Origin: Gnetum montanum | Taxonomy: Eukaryota > Plantae > Gnetophyta | Direction of reading: 5' to 3' | DNA: 64,000 nucleotides | Assembly: GCA_015680685.1 (NCBI GenBank) | Contig: MNCI01000394.1 | Span: 157,547-221,546, forward strand | In this document: positions 26,401 through 36,355 of the stretch, one piece after another | Layout: each line of letters begins with the position of its first letter | Position numbering within the stretch: position 1 is the stretch's first letter | Position numbers and translations under genes: made by a program | Notes under the pieces: model-generated | What the model was told of the DNA's origin: nothing | The model's input: the letters and a program-made list of their open reading frames with translations, nothing else | Database searches by the model: none

Positions 26401-29400
26401 GAGAACAGCAATGAATGATGATGATGAATGTTGGAGAAAGAAACATTGAAGTTATCCTTAAGACAATAACTAATATCTTGGTTTCACGTGGCAATGCATT
26501 TTCAATTTGTATATACATTAGTTGCCATAGATAATCATTATAAAATCTTTTGCCCAGCTTAATGTGTTAGTCAATGTTATTTGGATAATGGCACTAAGTT
26601 AATGATGATATACATTAGCTGCTGAAACATGATCTTTTTCCTTTTATTTTTGTAGAAAAGCAATTTCATCTATTTTGTTTTGGGATTGAGCCTCTGATGA
26701 TCCTTTTTTTTTTCAGTTTTGGCATTGAATAGGATGAAAAAAAAATCCATGTGGTCATACCACTGAAGGAATGGGGAAGATCACCTCCTGCCATCTAAGT
26801 CAAATGTATTTAGAATCTAATAATAGAATGATCAAGTGAGATATACCGTATTTCATGAAGCTATATGGCATGTGTGCACCTTTTTGCATGAAACAACATG
26901 ATTGCTATGAGACAGTTGTTATCCCTGCATATGAAAATGTGACTACGATTACTTATAGTTTTAATCAATTCGTTGGTTGAGCACTACGATACAAATACTG
27001 AAATCATTTTTCTAAGCTGTTATAGTTATTTTGAGACTTACGGCAAACATGGAAAGTGGTGACATGAAAAATGACACAAAACTTGTAGCAGTCAAACACA
27101 TCTAAAATTTTATGATTTTTTAATAAAATTTTTACATGTTTCTTGGTTTGTGTGGAAGTCAGTCTTGATCACATGCACAGGCAAGTCATCATCATGGCCT
27201 ATGATCGCTGTTAGGGTATTTCTCAGACATCAGGAAAACATCAACGTTATGCATTTGTTGATTACGAACTTCACCATTCTTGATACATTTCTTTCTAAGA
27301 ATCTCAAGATCAATTCCTTTACCATGGTCCATGTAATGAATCTCCTGTCTCAGTACTACCTCTATTGAATCTTCATATTAATTGGTTTGAGTTTAGAAAA
27401 AATGAAAAAGAAAGAAAAGGGGAAAAACAGAAATTTTGATCTCTAGACCTTGAAACTTGGGTTTTGCCAAACTTGTTGATGTTACTTACACTGCATGCCA
27501 TGTTAATAGATTGATACCTGAAAAACTTAGACTCTCTAAAATTTCATTCTTGTAACCTAAATGGATGTGTGGAATTGGTCAGCTTTGTTCTGTTTGTGTT
27601 ATTATATCATCAAAGACTTTGATAACTTCATTAATGTTTCCTATCTTTAGAGACCGGGGTGTGGACGAAGGTAGAAACATCTGGTGATATACCATCACCA
27701 CGATTTTCAGTTGCTGGTGATTGTTTGGATTCCAGAAAAGGAATTCTTGTTTATATCGGAGGATGCAATGAACAATTGGAAGCCTTAGATGATATGTACT
27801 ATTTGCATACAGGTACTGAGAATGATTTGATTCTTAAAAAAGAAATGCTTACCTTTCGGTTTCTTTCTTTTTTGATGAATATTTTTATATTAATACTTTC
27901 TAGTTATACTATTATACTGTTATGCTTATTTTTATTGTTAATCGCCATAGATATGTCAGTTGAAAATGGGCAAGATGAGCAGAAGTCAGAGAAATTTTCT
28001 TTGAGAAAAGAATTGAAACGGAGGCGACTGGAACATCAAGCATCATTTAATGATTCTGAAAAGGAGAAAGAAGTAATTAAGTCTGATACCTATATCAAAT
28101 ATAACTTTTCAGGCAACATGGCAATCGCTGGTCCAAGTGGTATAATTATTTTCTATCTCTTATATTTTACAAAAGTTGAACAGTTTCAAAATGCATGGTT
28201 TTCTGTTACTTTCCCCTTCTATTTGCCTTGAACTAGATGGTCGTAATCATTAGCTTTAGTTTATGAACCTGTTAAGCTAGAGTCACAAATATTTATGAAT
28301 CTCGTACTTCCAAATCAAAAATTAATTAATATGACAATAAAATATTTAATACCCTCATTTCTTCTCCTATAGATAACTCTCTGACAAAGGTGTCACAATC
28401 CGATAAACCAAAGAAAGAATGAAATTAGTTGAAAGGACACTATTGTAGTAAACACTTGCAGAGTTGGATTGTCAGTAAATATGTAAAAAGTAAAATGCTA
28501 AAAGATCACTGAAAAGGAAATGAAACCATCAAGCATACACCAGAGATAAGGTTAAGTACAGATACTGTAAATGAAAATTAAATTTCTAAAATTTCATATG
28601 TAATACAGGACTGTGGCGCATATGTAAATGGCACTTAAGCTGTATGGTAGATATGAAGGTACAATATATGTGATGTCTAGTAAAAAAGGAAGTGGCATGT
28701 ATTTAAGAAAACAGGCATGTATTTAAGAAAACAGATCTGTTACAACTAGTTTTTTGATAGAAGAAGGTACTCGTTTCTCAAGTCGAAGACCTGGGTTCGA
28801 GCCTGGGTGTAGCCTCTCAAAGAGGTTAGGCTTTTGCTCATTTACTGACTCTCCCAGGACCCTGCTTAGCAGAATGAGTACTGTGGCTCCGGGTGATGAT
28901 CTTGAATTTTATTCATGCCATAAATGGGTATAGTAATGCATACAAAACATGGTGAAGTAATAAGAAACTAAGTTACAGAAATTCTGTTATGATAACTAAC
29001 AAACACAATAGGATTCAAATGATAATGTATCAGCTCTTAAGTGACATCTCAGAATTACAATAAAAACATTACTTATGTGGAGAGAAATATGAATTAAATG
29101 TGGTGCAAAGCAAAATCGAATCACACCCAAAAATCTGAATTGCTGCAACTAAAATTATGAATCTGCAGTAACAGGAGAAAGAAAAAGAAGAATAATGAAA
29201 GGAATGAAAATAATACAATGTTTCTCACAGAATACTTGCTGAGAGAGTTATTTTTTATTTTTCAAATAAAGCTAGTTTTAAAGAAAGTCTTGGAGATTAC
29301 TATTTCAAAAGGACTAAAGTCGGAATTTTAGAATTAGTTTTAATGGGTTAATATTACTATACGGGTACATGATTTGAGGCACTGTCTACGACTGTGAGCA

Positions 29401-32400
29401 TGTACTGGCCAAGGCGTGAGACAGTGCGGTGCATGATGTCAGTGGAGGCGATAGTGGAGTTTTGAGTCCGTCCATGCAGGTCATGACCACTGTATCCATA
29501 CAGGGCTGTGACCAAAAACATCGAAATGCATTGCATCATGGTCTCCATGAAAAAACATAGCACCTGTAAAGTAAAATCATCCTACTTTCATTTTGAGCAT
29601 GATTACTGTTTTGTGGTTTGGTTGTTGTTGTGAGAATTGACATGATCAACTCACAACAATTGATATGGAATATCATATTTTCTTTTCTAATAACACTAAT
29701 GTAATAAAAGGCAGTGCAACATTGTCTGCAGCCACAAGTGGTCTAAAGACGTATCTCCAAATTGAACAATGACTTTTTGGTCATATCAATGTAACAACAT
29801 AGTAGAGAAAGCAAGTTGTAAATCAAATGTAGTGAGAAGAAAAGAAACAAAAATTAGAAAGGATGTAAGAATGGAAAAAGAAACAGTTTTGCAGATAGAC
29901 CGGTAGAAGAATGACAAAAAATGTAATTCTATTGATTGACTTTGTGGGCAAAAGGGGGTTGTAGAGCAGAATAAAAAAAGATAAAAATAAAATTAAGCTG
30001 GAACCTGTAGATTAGTGATATGTTCGGAGAAGAACCAGGCGACTGAGAGGCTACCAATGAGGAGATGTGTTTACCTTGATCTTTGATGTATACGTCTGAT
30101 TGGGTTTTCTTCCAAGATAAATGCTAATGCGGGTGCACGTTTGACGTAACAGGGATTTGGATACTGTTTGAGTTTGATCCAAGGGTTTCTTTGTGTGTCA
30201 AGCAGGTGCACAACAAAGGAGATACAATTACATCAGATCAGATAGGGTTTGCCAGGGGATACAAAAGCTCTGAAAATGCAATGTAACTTATTGAAGATCC
30301 AAGATCAAAGATAGATGTCATGCCGAAAATGATGTTCTAGGTCTTCTTTTTATAGACCACAAAATGTCTCATAAGTTGTGAAGAAACGATGCACTAGGGC
30401 CTACGAAGACTTTGGAAACTTCCAAATATTGACTTTGGAAACTTCCAAATATTGAGCTGTTAATTTGATGTCAAAATGACACCAAATGTAGTGGTGTAAA
30501 AAAAAAGACATAAAGATGATGCCAAAAATAATGCCAAATGCTGTAAAAATAAATAAATAATGTTGTCTACTTGGTAGGCAACTGCTAAGGGGATGTATGT
30601 TGCATCCAAGGTTCCAAATGGCCAAAAGGCAGACAAGTATGGATACAACAGCCATAGCCTAGTTCATATAAGTGTATGTGGTAAAAGAAGCTCGAGCTTG
30701 TAACTGACTGGTTGGCACATCAAGGAGTTACAGTTAAGCTAGAACTGAATGCCATTGGTGCTTACTGTACATTTGACTATTTTAAACCCCAAGGTAGAAA
30801 CGATATGCCTTTCTATGACTATGTGCTAGAAGTTATGGGTTTCCAATCTCTCTATGAGAGCAGAAAACATTTTGGCAATATCATGTTGGAAACCTGTGGG
30901 TTATGTCAATCATTTGGCAGTTTTTGCCTGTGTATAAAGTTAGATATGGCACCTTAATGATTGTTCTTGTGGTTGGATATTTAATTTAATGCCAAGGTTC
31001 CTGAATGTGTTACAGTATTGTAAAATCTGTTTTTGCTTGTTGGAACAAGAGGTAATTGATTTCAGTTGTATCTTTCATGCTGTTGTTTCTGTGTAATGTG
31101 CATCTGTACTTTGTTGACTGCAGTTGGCAGTTTACAAGAGACGATTTCTTTCTACCGATTTTTTTTCTGTTCTTAATTATTTAACTAGCGTTAGGAATAT
31201 GTATTCTTGCCACATATAAATCAAAGTGATCTGTCAGTATAGTTGCTGTTGCAGCTCCCTCTAACTCTCTATATGAGTTCAAGCCATCGGGAGAAAGGAT
31301 TTTTGAAGCTAGAATCACCGATGTTTTCCATTATGGTTATACTATTACTTCAACTATTGATGGGAGGCCTATGCGGGGTTTGATATTTTCCAACAAACCT
31401 GGATTTGCTCATTCTGTTAATGAGCATTTAAAAAGGTACATTTCCCCTGGCTTATAGCATGGATGTTATTTTGAAGAGAACAAGAATGTCCATTTGCTGA
31501 TTTTTGAATGCGTTTGATTTCATTGCTATGGTGATGTTATTTATTTTAGATCTCTTCTTCTTTTTAAGAATAATATAACAAAAACTTTGAAATTATCTTC
31601 AGGAAAAGGAAGGCCTCTGAATATAGTACTCTGCCTTCAAATGACATGCAGAAGCAGACTGCACGTCGCATGAAACAGGCTGTTAAAAGGGCTCGTATTG
31701 TACAGAATGTGGATCCTGTTACACATTTTTCAGAAACCACACATGTTACTTCACCAACTAATCCCCCAACTCTCAATTTGGCATCAACTACAGAGACTAC
31801 TGTGACAGACGAGCTTCCAGCACCAAAGAGTCCATCCAAGGCATCTCATATATATCAGCAATATGTGGTACCATTGTCTTCATTGCCTTCTTTACATCAA
31901 ACATTGATACAAGTTGTAGAATTTGAATTATGCAAATTACATCATACATTAGAGCTTAACATGTATAGGAATGCTAACCTTGATTTCAAGGGAAAATTAG
32001 TGTCCCAAACCGGTCACATTTGTGCTTACAAAATTACATTTTTATAGCATAAATTAGAGATTAACATGTATAGGAATGCCTATTGATGGTTTCAAGGGAA
32101 AACTGTTTTGTCTCACAAGAGTAACTTTTTTGCTTACAAAATTACATTTTTTATAGCATAAATTAGAGATTAACATGTATAGGAATTCCTGTGCATTATT
32201 TCAAGGGAAAACTGTTGTGTCTCACCTGAGTAATATTTGTGCTTACAAAATTAAGCTATACTTTATGCTATAATTAGATTTTTATAGCATAAATTGGAGT
32301 TTAATATGTATAGGAATGTTTATACATGATTTCAAGGGAAAACTGTTGTCTCACATGGGTAACATTTCTGTTTACAAAATTGCATTTTTTTAACGAAATT

Positions 32401-33410
32401 GAAACTGTGTTTTATCATGCCCTACAGTATAGGGACCTATTAGGCGTTTAGCTTCAACCACTTTTTTGCATTTCCTGTTTATCACAGCCATTAGTATTGA
32501 ACATGTAACTTGTTGAATGTAAATCACACTCTTTAACTGATATGTCATATGCTTTGATATGCTTAAAGATATTTTCAGAACAAATATGCCTCTTCTTAGG
32601 TTACTTGTTAGAAGGCTCTTTGTGATCACTTTAGTATCAGCTTGGGTTTTGATTCTGGTGGGCAATATGCTGAGTTATAAAGTTCTAATTGGACCATATA
32701 TCTTGGGGTGTATCTATATTTATCTATATTACAATTATTTTGGGTTCCAAAATCCCCACTTTAGTATCAAACTTAGAGCTGGCTAATATATGGCTAAAAA
32801 TGATGCAACCCTTGGAAGCAAGCCGTGGCAACAAGATGAAAGTTTACACGCATGCTTGTCCTTCAAAATTTATTTCCACATTGGTTAAAACTGTCTCCAT
32901 TCGTATATGAGAATTGTTATTTAATTGGTATCTTTTGTGAGAATCAAGAATCGTCATGACTTTCTATAGCAGAACCCTCATTCATCATAATTTTAATGCA
33001 GCTGATGGATAGTTTAAATGAAACTTATATTTAGTCGTGTGAAAATCTATTTTCTAAGTAGATACCAAAATTCTCAAACTCAGTCACAGGGAGAAGCACC
33101 GGCTGCTGCTCAAAAGGATGCAAGTTCCTGTGTTTCAGAAAGATTTGCTACTACACATTCTTCATCAGGGCCTGTTTCAAGTCCGCCTTCAAAACAAGCA
33201 GGGCTTTTTGCCATTCAAACTCTTCCGCAGCCATCCAATGAAGGTACAAAAACCTTTTATCGCTTTGTTAGATGTGAATTCCTTATTGTTTCTGTGTTGA
33301 CAGGATTCACTCATATACTGTAAATGTTAGGCAATCAAGGTAATCAGGCAACCTCGCAAGGAAATAAGGATGCCGTGAAACCAAACCAGCAGCCTGCTTC
33401 GGCAGAGTAG
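2238..33410 (+). CDS. Kelch-repeat (galactose oxidase/kelch beta-propeller) protein, At1g18610/At1g74150-like; 11 exons, about 623 aa. join(2238..2451,2742..2891,4335..4499,25506..25658,25799..25951,27651..27812,27951..28139,31255..31435,31603..31867,33084..33243,33331..33410)
   Basis: All junctions are GT-AG and phase-compatible, with a total of 1872 nt and no internal stop. Six Kelch units: PGRRWGHT..LYVFGG, PSPRDSHS..FVFGG, PTAREGHS..FIFGG, PTARDSHS..VAGED, EPRAGHS..FVFAG, PSPRFSVAG..YIGG. The exon 9/10 junction is the least certain. Confidence 0.93.
2742..2891 (+). CDS. Kelch gene exon 2 (KGSWSKPMVKGAVPSPRDSHSCTAVGTELFVFGGTDGKNPLSDLYILDT)
   Basis: TTAG acceptor, GTGAGT donor, 150 nt, phase 1-1. 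Confidence 0.95.
3830..3906 (-). mobile_element. tRNA-derived SINE remnant (family 2)
   Basis: Reverse-complement similarity to the 9588-9700 copy (gatcaaacctgtaacttgca..accaca). Confidence 0.55.
4335..4499 (+). CDS. Kelch gene exon 3 (TNTWSQPNVTGQGPTAREGHSSTLVGRNLFIFGGCGKAEDEDEIYYNDLYILDT)
   Basis: TTAG acceptor, G|GTACT donor, 165 nt. Confidence 0.95.
4690..7840 (+). pseudogene. Possible fossil multi-exon coding sequence of unknown family nested in intron 3
   Basis: A/purine-rich coding-like blocks whose stops are mostly TAA/TAG/TGA (explicable as C-to-T decay), separated by short T-rich GT-AG segments (6153-6273, 6423-6539); no family recognised. Confidence 0.4.
8072..9162 (-). mobile_element. 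Solo LTR (family S), copy 1
   Basis: TG..CA ends, TSD taagt/caagt, reverse TATA (ctatttatag); about 1-kb colinear similarity to 29626-30650. Confidence 0.8.
9588..9700 (+). mobile_element. tRNA-derived SINE (family 2)
   Basis: A box (tagctgcttggt), B box (ggtttgatccc), A-rich tail; related copy at 14764-14845. Confidence 0.65.
10932..11020 (+). mobile_element. tRNA-derived SINE (family 1)
   Basis: ggtgttagcctagtggtaagact head (A box) and decayed B box; repeated at least 7 times in the window. Confidence 0.75.
11274..11420 (+). mobile_element. tRNA-derived SINE (family 1)
   Basis: Same head and body as the 14008 and 15950 copies. Confidence 0.7.
11582..11735 (+). mobile_element. Au-like SINE
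   Basis: tRNA-like head, ggttaggcttt core; similar to 28761-28903 and 36240-36355. Confidence 0.65.
13038..13098 (-). mobile_element. SINE family 1 head, reverse orientation
   Basis: ctcttaccactaggttatcatctc is the reverse complement of the family 1 head. Confidence 0.55.
13640..14005 (+). mobile_element. RTE-clade LINE 3' end
   Basis: QLRWFGHVQRR..KKT.EKTIEDDLKKL..W motif, then the plant RTE tail gggacaaggc + (gat)n. Confidence 0.85.
14008..14160 (+). mobile_element. tRNA-derived SINE (family 1)
   Basis: tagcctagtggtaag A box, ggttcgatt B box. Confidence 0.75.
14341..15125 (+). mobile_element. Cluster of SINE-like copies (family 3 at 14341-14570 and 14996-15125; family 2 at 14764-14845)
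   Basis: Repeated gctagtgata.gtggct.a.gtg.ttagct..ttgttttgtta head and cacttga.tcat.attatatt body. Confidence 0.55.
15165..15621. repeat. Tandem duplication, 2 x ~225 bp
   Basis: ctttatacaactcacacg...ttgttacactttt occurs twice head-to-tail. Confidence 0.9.
15950..16220 (+). mobile_element. Two tRNA-derived SINE family 1 copies (15950-16070, 16128-16220)
   Basis: gaggtgttagcct..gtaagactcttgattt..ggttcgattctggtgggcaa. Confidence 0.8.
16340..17121. mobile_element. Non-autonomous DNA-transposon remnant (hAT/MITE-like)
   Basis: Decayed gggacg/cgtccc subterminal motifs in opposite orientation at the two ends; ends in gaaacactg; left TIR not found. Confidence 0.4.
17150..17760 (+). mobile_element. 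Non-LTR retrotransposon 3' remnant with C-terminal CCHC zinc-finger region
   Basis: YLSIAIP..RAR....LRLERSRF...RKE.IC..C...IEDE..IFFQC resembles the H.L.IE.GR...R..R.C..C...VEDE.H...C end of LINE ORF2. Confidence 0.6.
18190..19890 (+). mobile_element. L1-clade LINE ORF2 fragments (several pieces)
   Basis: EETY*KQRSRVRWLWEGDRQTNFFF at about 19705-19785 (L1 motif EE.YWKQRSR..WL.EGDRNT.FFH); PKEG..GG and W.LRIIKGRY at about 18848-18990. Confidence 0.7.
20443..20524. repeat. 41-bp tandem duplication inside the Copia pol
   Basis: tgtactttacaatgatagtagtgaactggaaacaatggagg occurs twice. Confidence 0.9.
22097..22619 (+). repeat. Copia 3' LTR (523 bp)
   Basis: TGTTG..CAACA termini directly after the PPT; TATAAAT at 22278; AATAAA at 22550. 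Confidence 0.85.
23371..24251 (-). mobile_element. Solo LTR (881 bp)
   Basis: Flanked by aattt/aattt TSD; right end ctctaaca, left end ta.. (decayed TG); reverse polyA signal (tttattcaa) and reverse TATA (atttatac). Confidence 0.7.
24764..24925 (-). mobile_element. Short 5'-truncated retroposed insertion (LINE/SINE 3' end) with 17-bp TSD
   Basis: aataatcttgaaagagt at 24747-24763 and 24926-24942; T-run at the left end corresponds to a poly(A) tail on the minus strand. Confidence 0.85.
25506..25658 (+). CDS. Kelch gene exon 4 (SYHWTKCNTRGTPPTARDSHSCTTWDNKIVIVAGEDASDSYLSDVHILDP)
   Basis: TACAG acceptor, G|GTATAT donor, 153 nt; continues the frame after a 21,006-bp intron. Confidence 0.95.
25799..25951 (+). 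CDS. Kelch gene exon 5 (TLEWKELKTSGQILEPRAGHSAISLGKHLFVFAGFTDARSLYNDIHVLNL)
   Basis: GACAG acceptor, G|GTGAGT donor, 153 nt. Confidence 0.95.
27651..27812 (+). CDS. Kelch gene exon 6 (TGVWTKVETSGDIPSPRFSVAGDCLDSRKGILVYIGGCNEQLEALDDMYYLHT)
   Basis: TTTAG acceptor, G|GTACT donor, 162 nt. Confidence 0.95.
27951..28139 (+). CDS. Kelch gene exon 7 (MSVENGQDEQKSEKFSLRKELKRRRLEHQ...GPS)
   Basis: CATAG acceptor, G|GTATAA donor; the SLRKELK motif follows the propeller in this family. Confidence 0.85.
28761..28903 (+). mobile_element. Au-like SINE (best preserved copy)
   Basis: B box gggttcgagcc, ggttaggcttttgc core, cccaggaccc, ccgggtgatgatctt end. Confidence 0.7.
29345..29583. mobile_element. MITE-like element (~240 bp)
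   Basis: Degenerate 24-bp TIRs (gggttaatattactatacgggtac / gcacctgtaaagtaaaatcatcct), 17 of 24 positions match. Confidence 0.45.
29626..30650 (-). mobile_element. Solo LTR (family S), copy 2
   Basis: TGTTG..CAACA termini; colinear with 8072-9162; flanks gttgt/gccat differ only by transitions. Confidence 0.8.
31255..31435 (+). CDS. Kelch gene exon 8 (GERIFEARITDVFHYGYTITSTIDGRPMRGLIFSNKPGF)
   Basis: TGCAG acceptor, AG|GTACAT donor; conserved C-terminal module of the family. Confidence 0.9.
31603..31867 (+). CDS. Kelch gene exon 9 (RKRKASEYSTLPSNDMQKQTARRMKQAVKRARIV... S/T/P-rich)
   Basis: TTCAG acceptor, phase 2 fits; donor GTG|GTACCA at 31868 is the best candidate but uncertain. Confidence 0.75.
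31940..32392. repeat. Minisatellite, 4 x ~105-130 bp in intron 9
   Basis: ttaacatgtataggaat..tttcaagggaaaa..gcttacaaaatt repeated four times. Confidence 0.9.
32598..32715 (+). mobile_element. SINE family 1 remnant
   Basis: gattctggtgggcaat..gctgagttataaagttctaattggacc body. Confidence 0.6.
33084..33243 (+). CDS. Kelch gene exon 10 (SQGEAPAAAQKDASS...TLPQPSNE)
   Basis: CAG acceptor at 33081-83 (alternative 33087-89), G|GTACAA donor; GC-richer low-complexity coding sequence. Confidence 0.65.
33331..33410 (+). CDS. Kelch gene terminal exon 11 (GNQGNQATSQGNKDAVKPNQQPASAE*)
   Basis: TTAG acceptor, phase 1 fits, TAG stop at 33408-33410. Confidence 0.7.
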
Positions 33411-34940
33411 ACCTGTTGTATCAATATTCTGCAACTTGTGTTGATCTGATCAAAATTCAGATTCTACTTATGTCCGTTGGCCTAAACGAAAGTGATTGGT
33501 TGGTGCAATATCTTTGTTAATGAAATTCGTGCATTTCATGCAATTTGCTACTAGTGAAAAGAATTGCACGAAGATGGTTCCTCAAGTACACCCAAAATCA
33601 ACAACTGATGTTGACAAATTTGTTTCAATCATAGGTGAAGTTGACTATTCAGGAGGCATGCTTGACTGGGCAGCACCTTGTTTCCTATTATGTTATATAT
33701 TGAATTCAGTGAGCTTCTGGCATGATGGGATTCAGTCAGGCATGCCAATGTTGTAGAGTAGTTTGATTTTTTAGATGGCTCTAATAATGTGTTGAATCTG
33801 AAGTATTGAAATTGACCTTTTTAAGGTCAGGTGATTTTTTTTTAAAAAATTAGTTTGTGGTAATCAGAATGATAAAATCCTTTTTTGTACATTATCTTGC
33901 TTGGCTTGTGGAACAAGTTTTCTTAAGAGTTCTCTTGATTGAGGACTTCTATAAGTTTTAAGAATGCAACTGGTGCTGTGGATAATTGCAAATTCCGTGA
34001 AAAATAATTTTCCATCCTTGTTTTTTGTGGACACCCTATGTTATAAGCTTTTCTAGTGCATTGATAGAATGAAATAACCTGAGATTAAAATTTCTCTTTT
34101 GAAGTTTTTGTTTCTGAAATTCTCTGAAAGAGCTCAGATCATGCACTTTCTTGTCTTTTGAATGTAATCCTAGAAAGAATCTAACTTAAAACATTTATGC
34201 AATCATGATCAAAGATACGTGAAAACATTTTGGCAAAACTTGATATATTGTGTCGTAGCTGTATGCACATTCAATTTATAAAATGTAAATTACAGTTACA
34301 GCTGAAGGTGCGCGTGTACGATAAAGTGGAGTTAACTGCATATTTATAGTACATGTATTTATAATTTGGTTAAAAAGTCTTCTTTGCTGTAAATACACGT
34401 AGGCTAACATTTGAATCCATTTTGCCGTCTTATGTATTTCTTACTGTCGTTGATTTCATAGAGGAAATGTTTTTATTGCTTTTTCCTCTAATTTAAAACG
34501 TTTTAGTGGACAGAAGTAAAAAAGTTTTGTTTCAGTTTAATTTCATTCATAGCATTGATTTTCATAATCTGCCAATGCACAAGGTCCATCGTCGTGCATT
34601 AATGTGTAGAGTTTCTTTTTAAATAGAGCTAAATTTTCATCAGCAGCTTTGTTTCCTCTCACATCACATCTTATATAGCAACTATTTCCTTGGTCCTCCG
34701 TCTGCTGCTAAGCACTGCCTTGCAACTTTTGCCTCCTCACATTGGTGCCTCGTCCTCCAAGCAACAATTCAATGTGGACACACCTCTTCAAAAATCTATC
34801 TCAACAGAATATTGTTGACCATTTCTGAAAGGATTGAAAATAATTTCATCTCTAATAATTATTTAAGGAAGTTAATTATCTCTAATTATGGTTCTTCATA
34901 ATTTGAAAGAAGGAAGATCTAGAAGTTCAATAATACAAAA

Positions 34941-35013
34941 AATAAACATTCATTCTAAAGAATCAACATCAAAATTAAATAAACATTCATTCTAAAGAAT
35001 CAACATCAAAATT
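34941..35013. repeat. 36-bp tandem duplication
   Basis: aataaacattcattctaaagaatcaacatcaaaatt occurs twice. Confidence 0.9.
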
Positions 35014-36239
35014 ATGAGTTTATTTCTTTTCGTAAGAAGTGGATGTCTCTTAATAAAAGAGCTTTCAAAAAAGGTTAGATCTGTCATCAATTTTATTACC
35101 TAGTACATATGTATATGTTCAAAACAAGTAAATATGTTAAGGAACAAAAATTGAGTTTACATGTTGCAAAAACATTTGAGACCTTGGTGAATAATAAAGA
35201 CATGAAGCAAATTGTAGGGCAATGTAAGATCCATAGGATCTTACTCAAAAATATTACATGGAAGAGCAAAATCATTGTAATTTGTAACATCAATTGAATT
35301 GCATTTTTTCATGTTGCCTTCCTTAGAATTTGAGAGTAGTGTAGTCATGAAGTCAAATAAATATTTTGCACATATCTATACTTGATTTATCTTTATGATA
35401 ATAAAATAAAGGAGGAAGGGGGAAGGGGGTGGGAGGTGTATTTGGCCCTAGAAAACATTAATAATAAGCATAGAAGAAGAAGAAGAAGAAGACAACACAT
35501 GCTTAATCATTGAGTATAAAGCATCAAAAAATAACATGGAAAGGAATAAATTTCTAATCTTAGGGATGTCTATTGAGGTGAATAGTTTTACAATAGATGC
35601 TTAAAAAAAAAATAGACGAGGAAAAATTAATTGTTAATAGGAAGGATAGTCTTAGTCTAGGTGTGAATTTGACATAGAGTAGTGCCTATTAGCCATTTAA
35701 CACTTCTTATGAAACCAACTTAAGAAAGGTTAGTTGCAACAACAAGAACAAGATGATGGTGGGAGTGGGAGTAAGAGAGGGCATGAACCATAGCATTGAT
35801 GAGGTACATTGATTCAACCCCTAAAAATATAAATTTCCTTGGTAACAACATTTCCTATATTTCCATGAACATTGTCAGTTAGCAACAATGTTTAGAAAAG
35901 ATTGTTCATTCTTCATGCTATGGCTCATTTTGTACCACCTAGGCACCATGGTAGTATTGTTCTCTACATTTTCCAGCCAAAAAGGATTCAAGTAAACAAG
36001 GTCTTCACTACACATAGTTCACCCAATAAACTGCAAAATATTAGTAAGACATGATCTAGTCTTGAAACTGAAACTCAAGATTTTATTAAGTAGGTTGAGG
36101 GTTTAGGGTCCTTATTATAATTGTAATTTATGACATACTATATAGACTACTAAGTAATAACTACTATAGGTCATGTGCCTTAACATGTATCAAATTCACA
36201 CACAAGTCTAAGTCCTAACAACATTTACACCATTTTCAG

Positions 36240-36355
36240 TGTCTATACCTGAACTTTGAAAGGACTCATGGGAAGGTTGGTAGATAAGTAAAAGCCTAAC
36301 TTATTTGAGTGGTTGCACCCATGCTCAAACCCAAGTCTTCAACTTGAAAAATAAG
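36240..36355 (-). mobile_element. Au-like SINE interrupted by element D
   Basis: aaaagcctaac..gctcaaacccaagtcttcaacttgaaaaataag is the reverse complement of the 28761 copy; cut off by TGATGAG at 36356. Confidence 0.6.

Noticed and set aside
8072-30650. The two family-S LTRs as the ends of one element that captured exons 4-7
   Set aside because: Each copy has its own flanking 5-mer pair, there is no PBS/PPT inside, and the exons are part of the continuous host ORF.
33062-33243. Exon 10 acceptor at 33060-61 in phase 0
   Set aside because: That frame hits TGA just before the donor; it would need a phase-2 donor that I could not find in exon 9.
33496-33756. 86-aa ORF after the stop codon
   Set aside because: Lies in the probable 3' UTR, has a non-ATG start and no motif.
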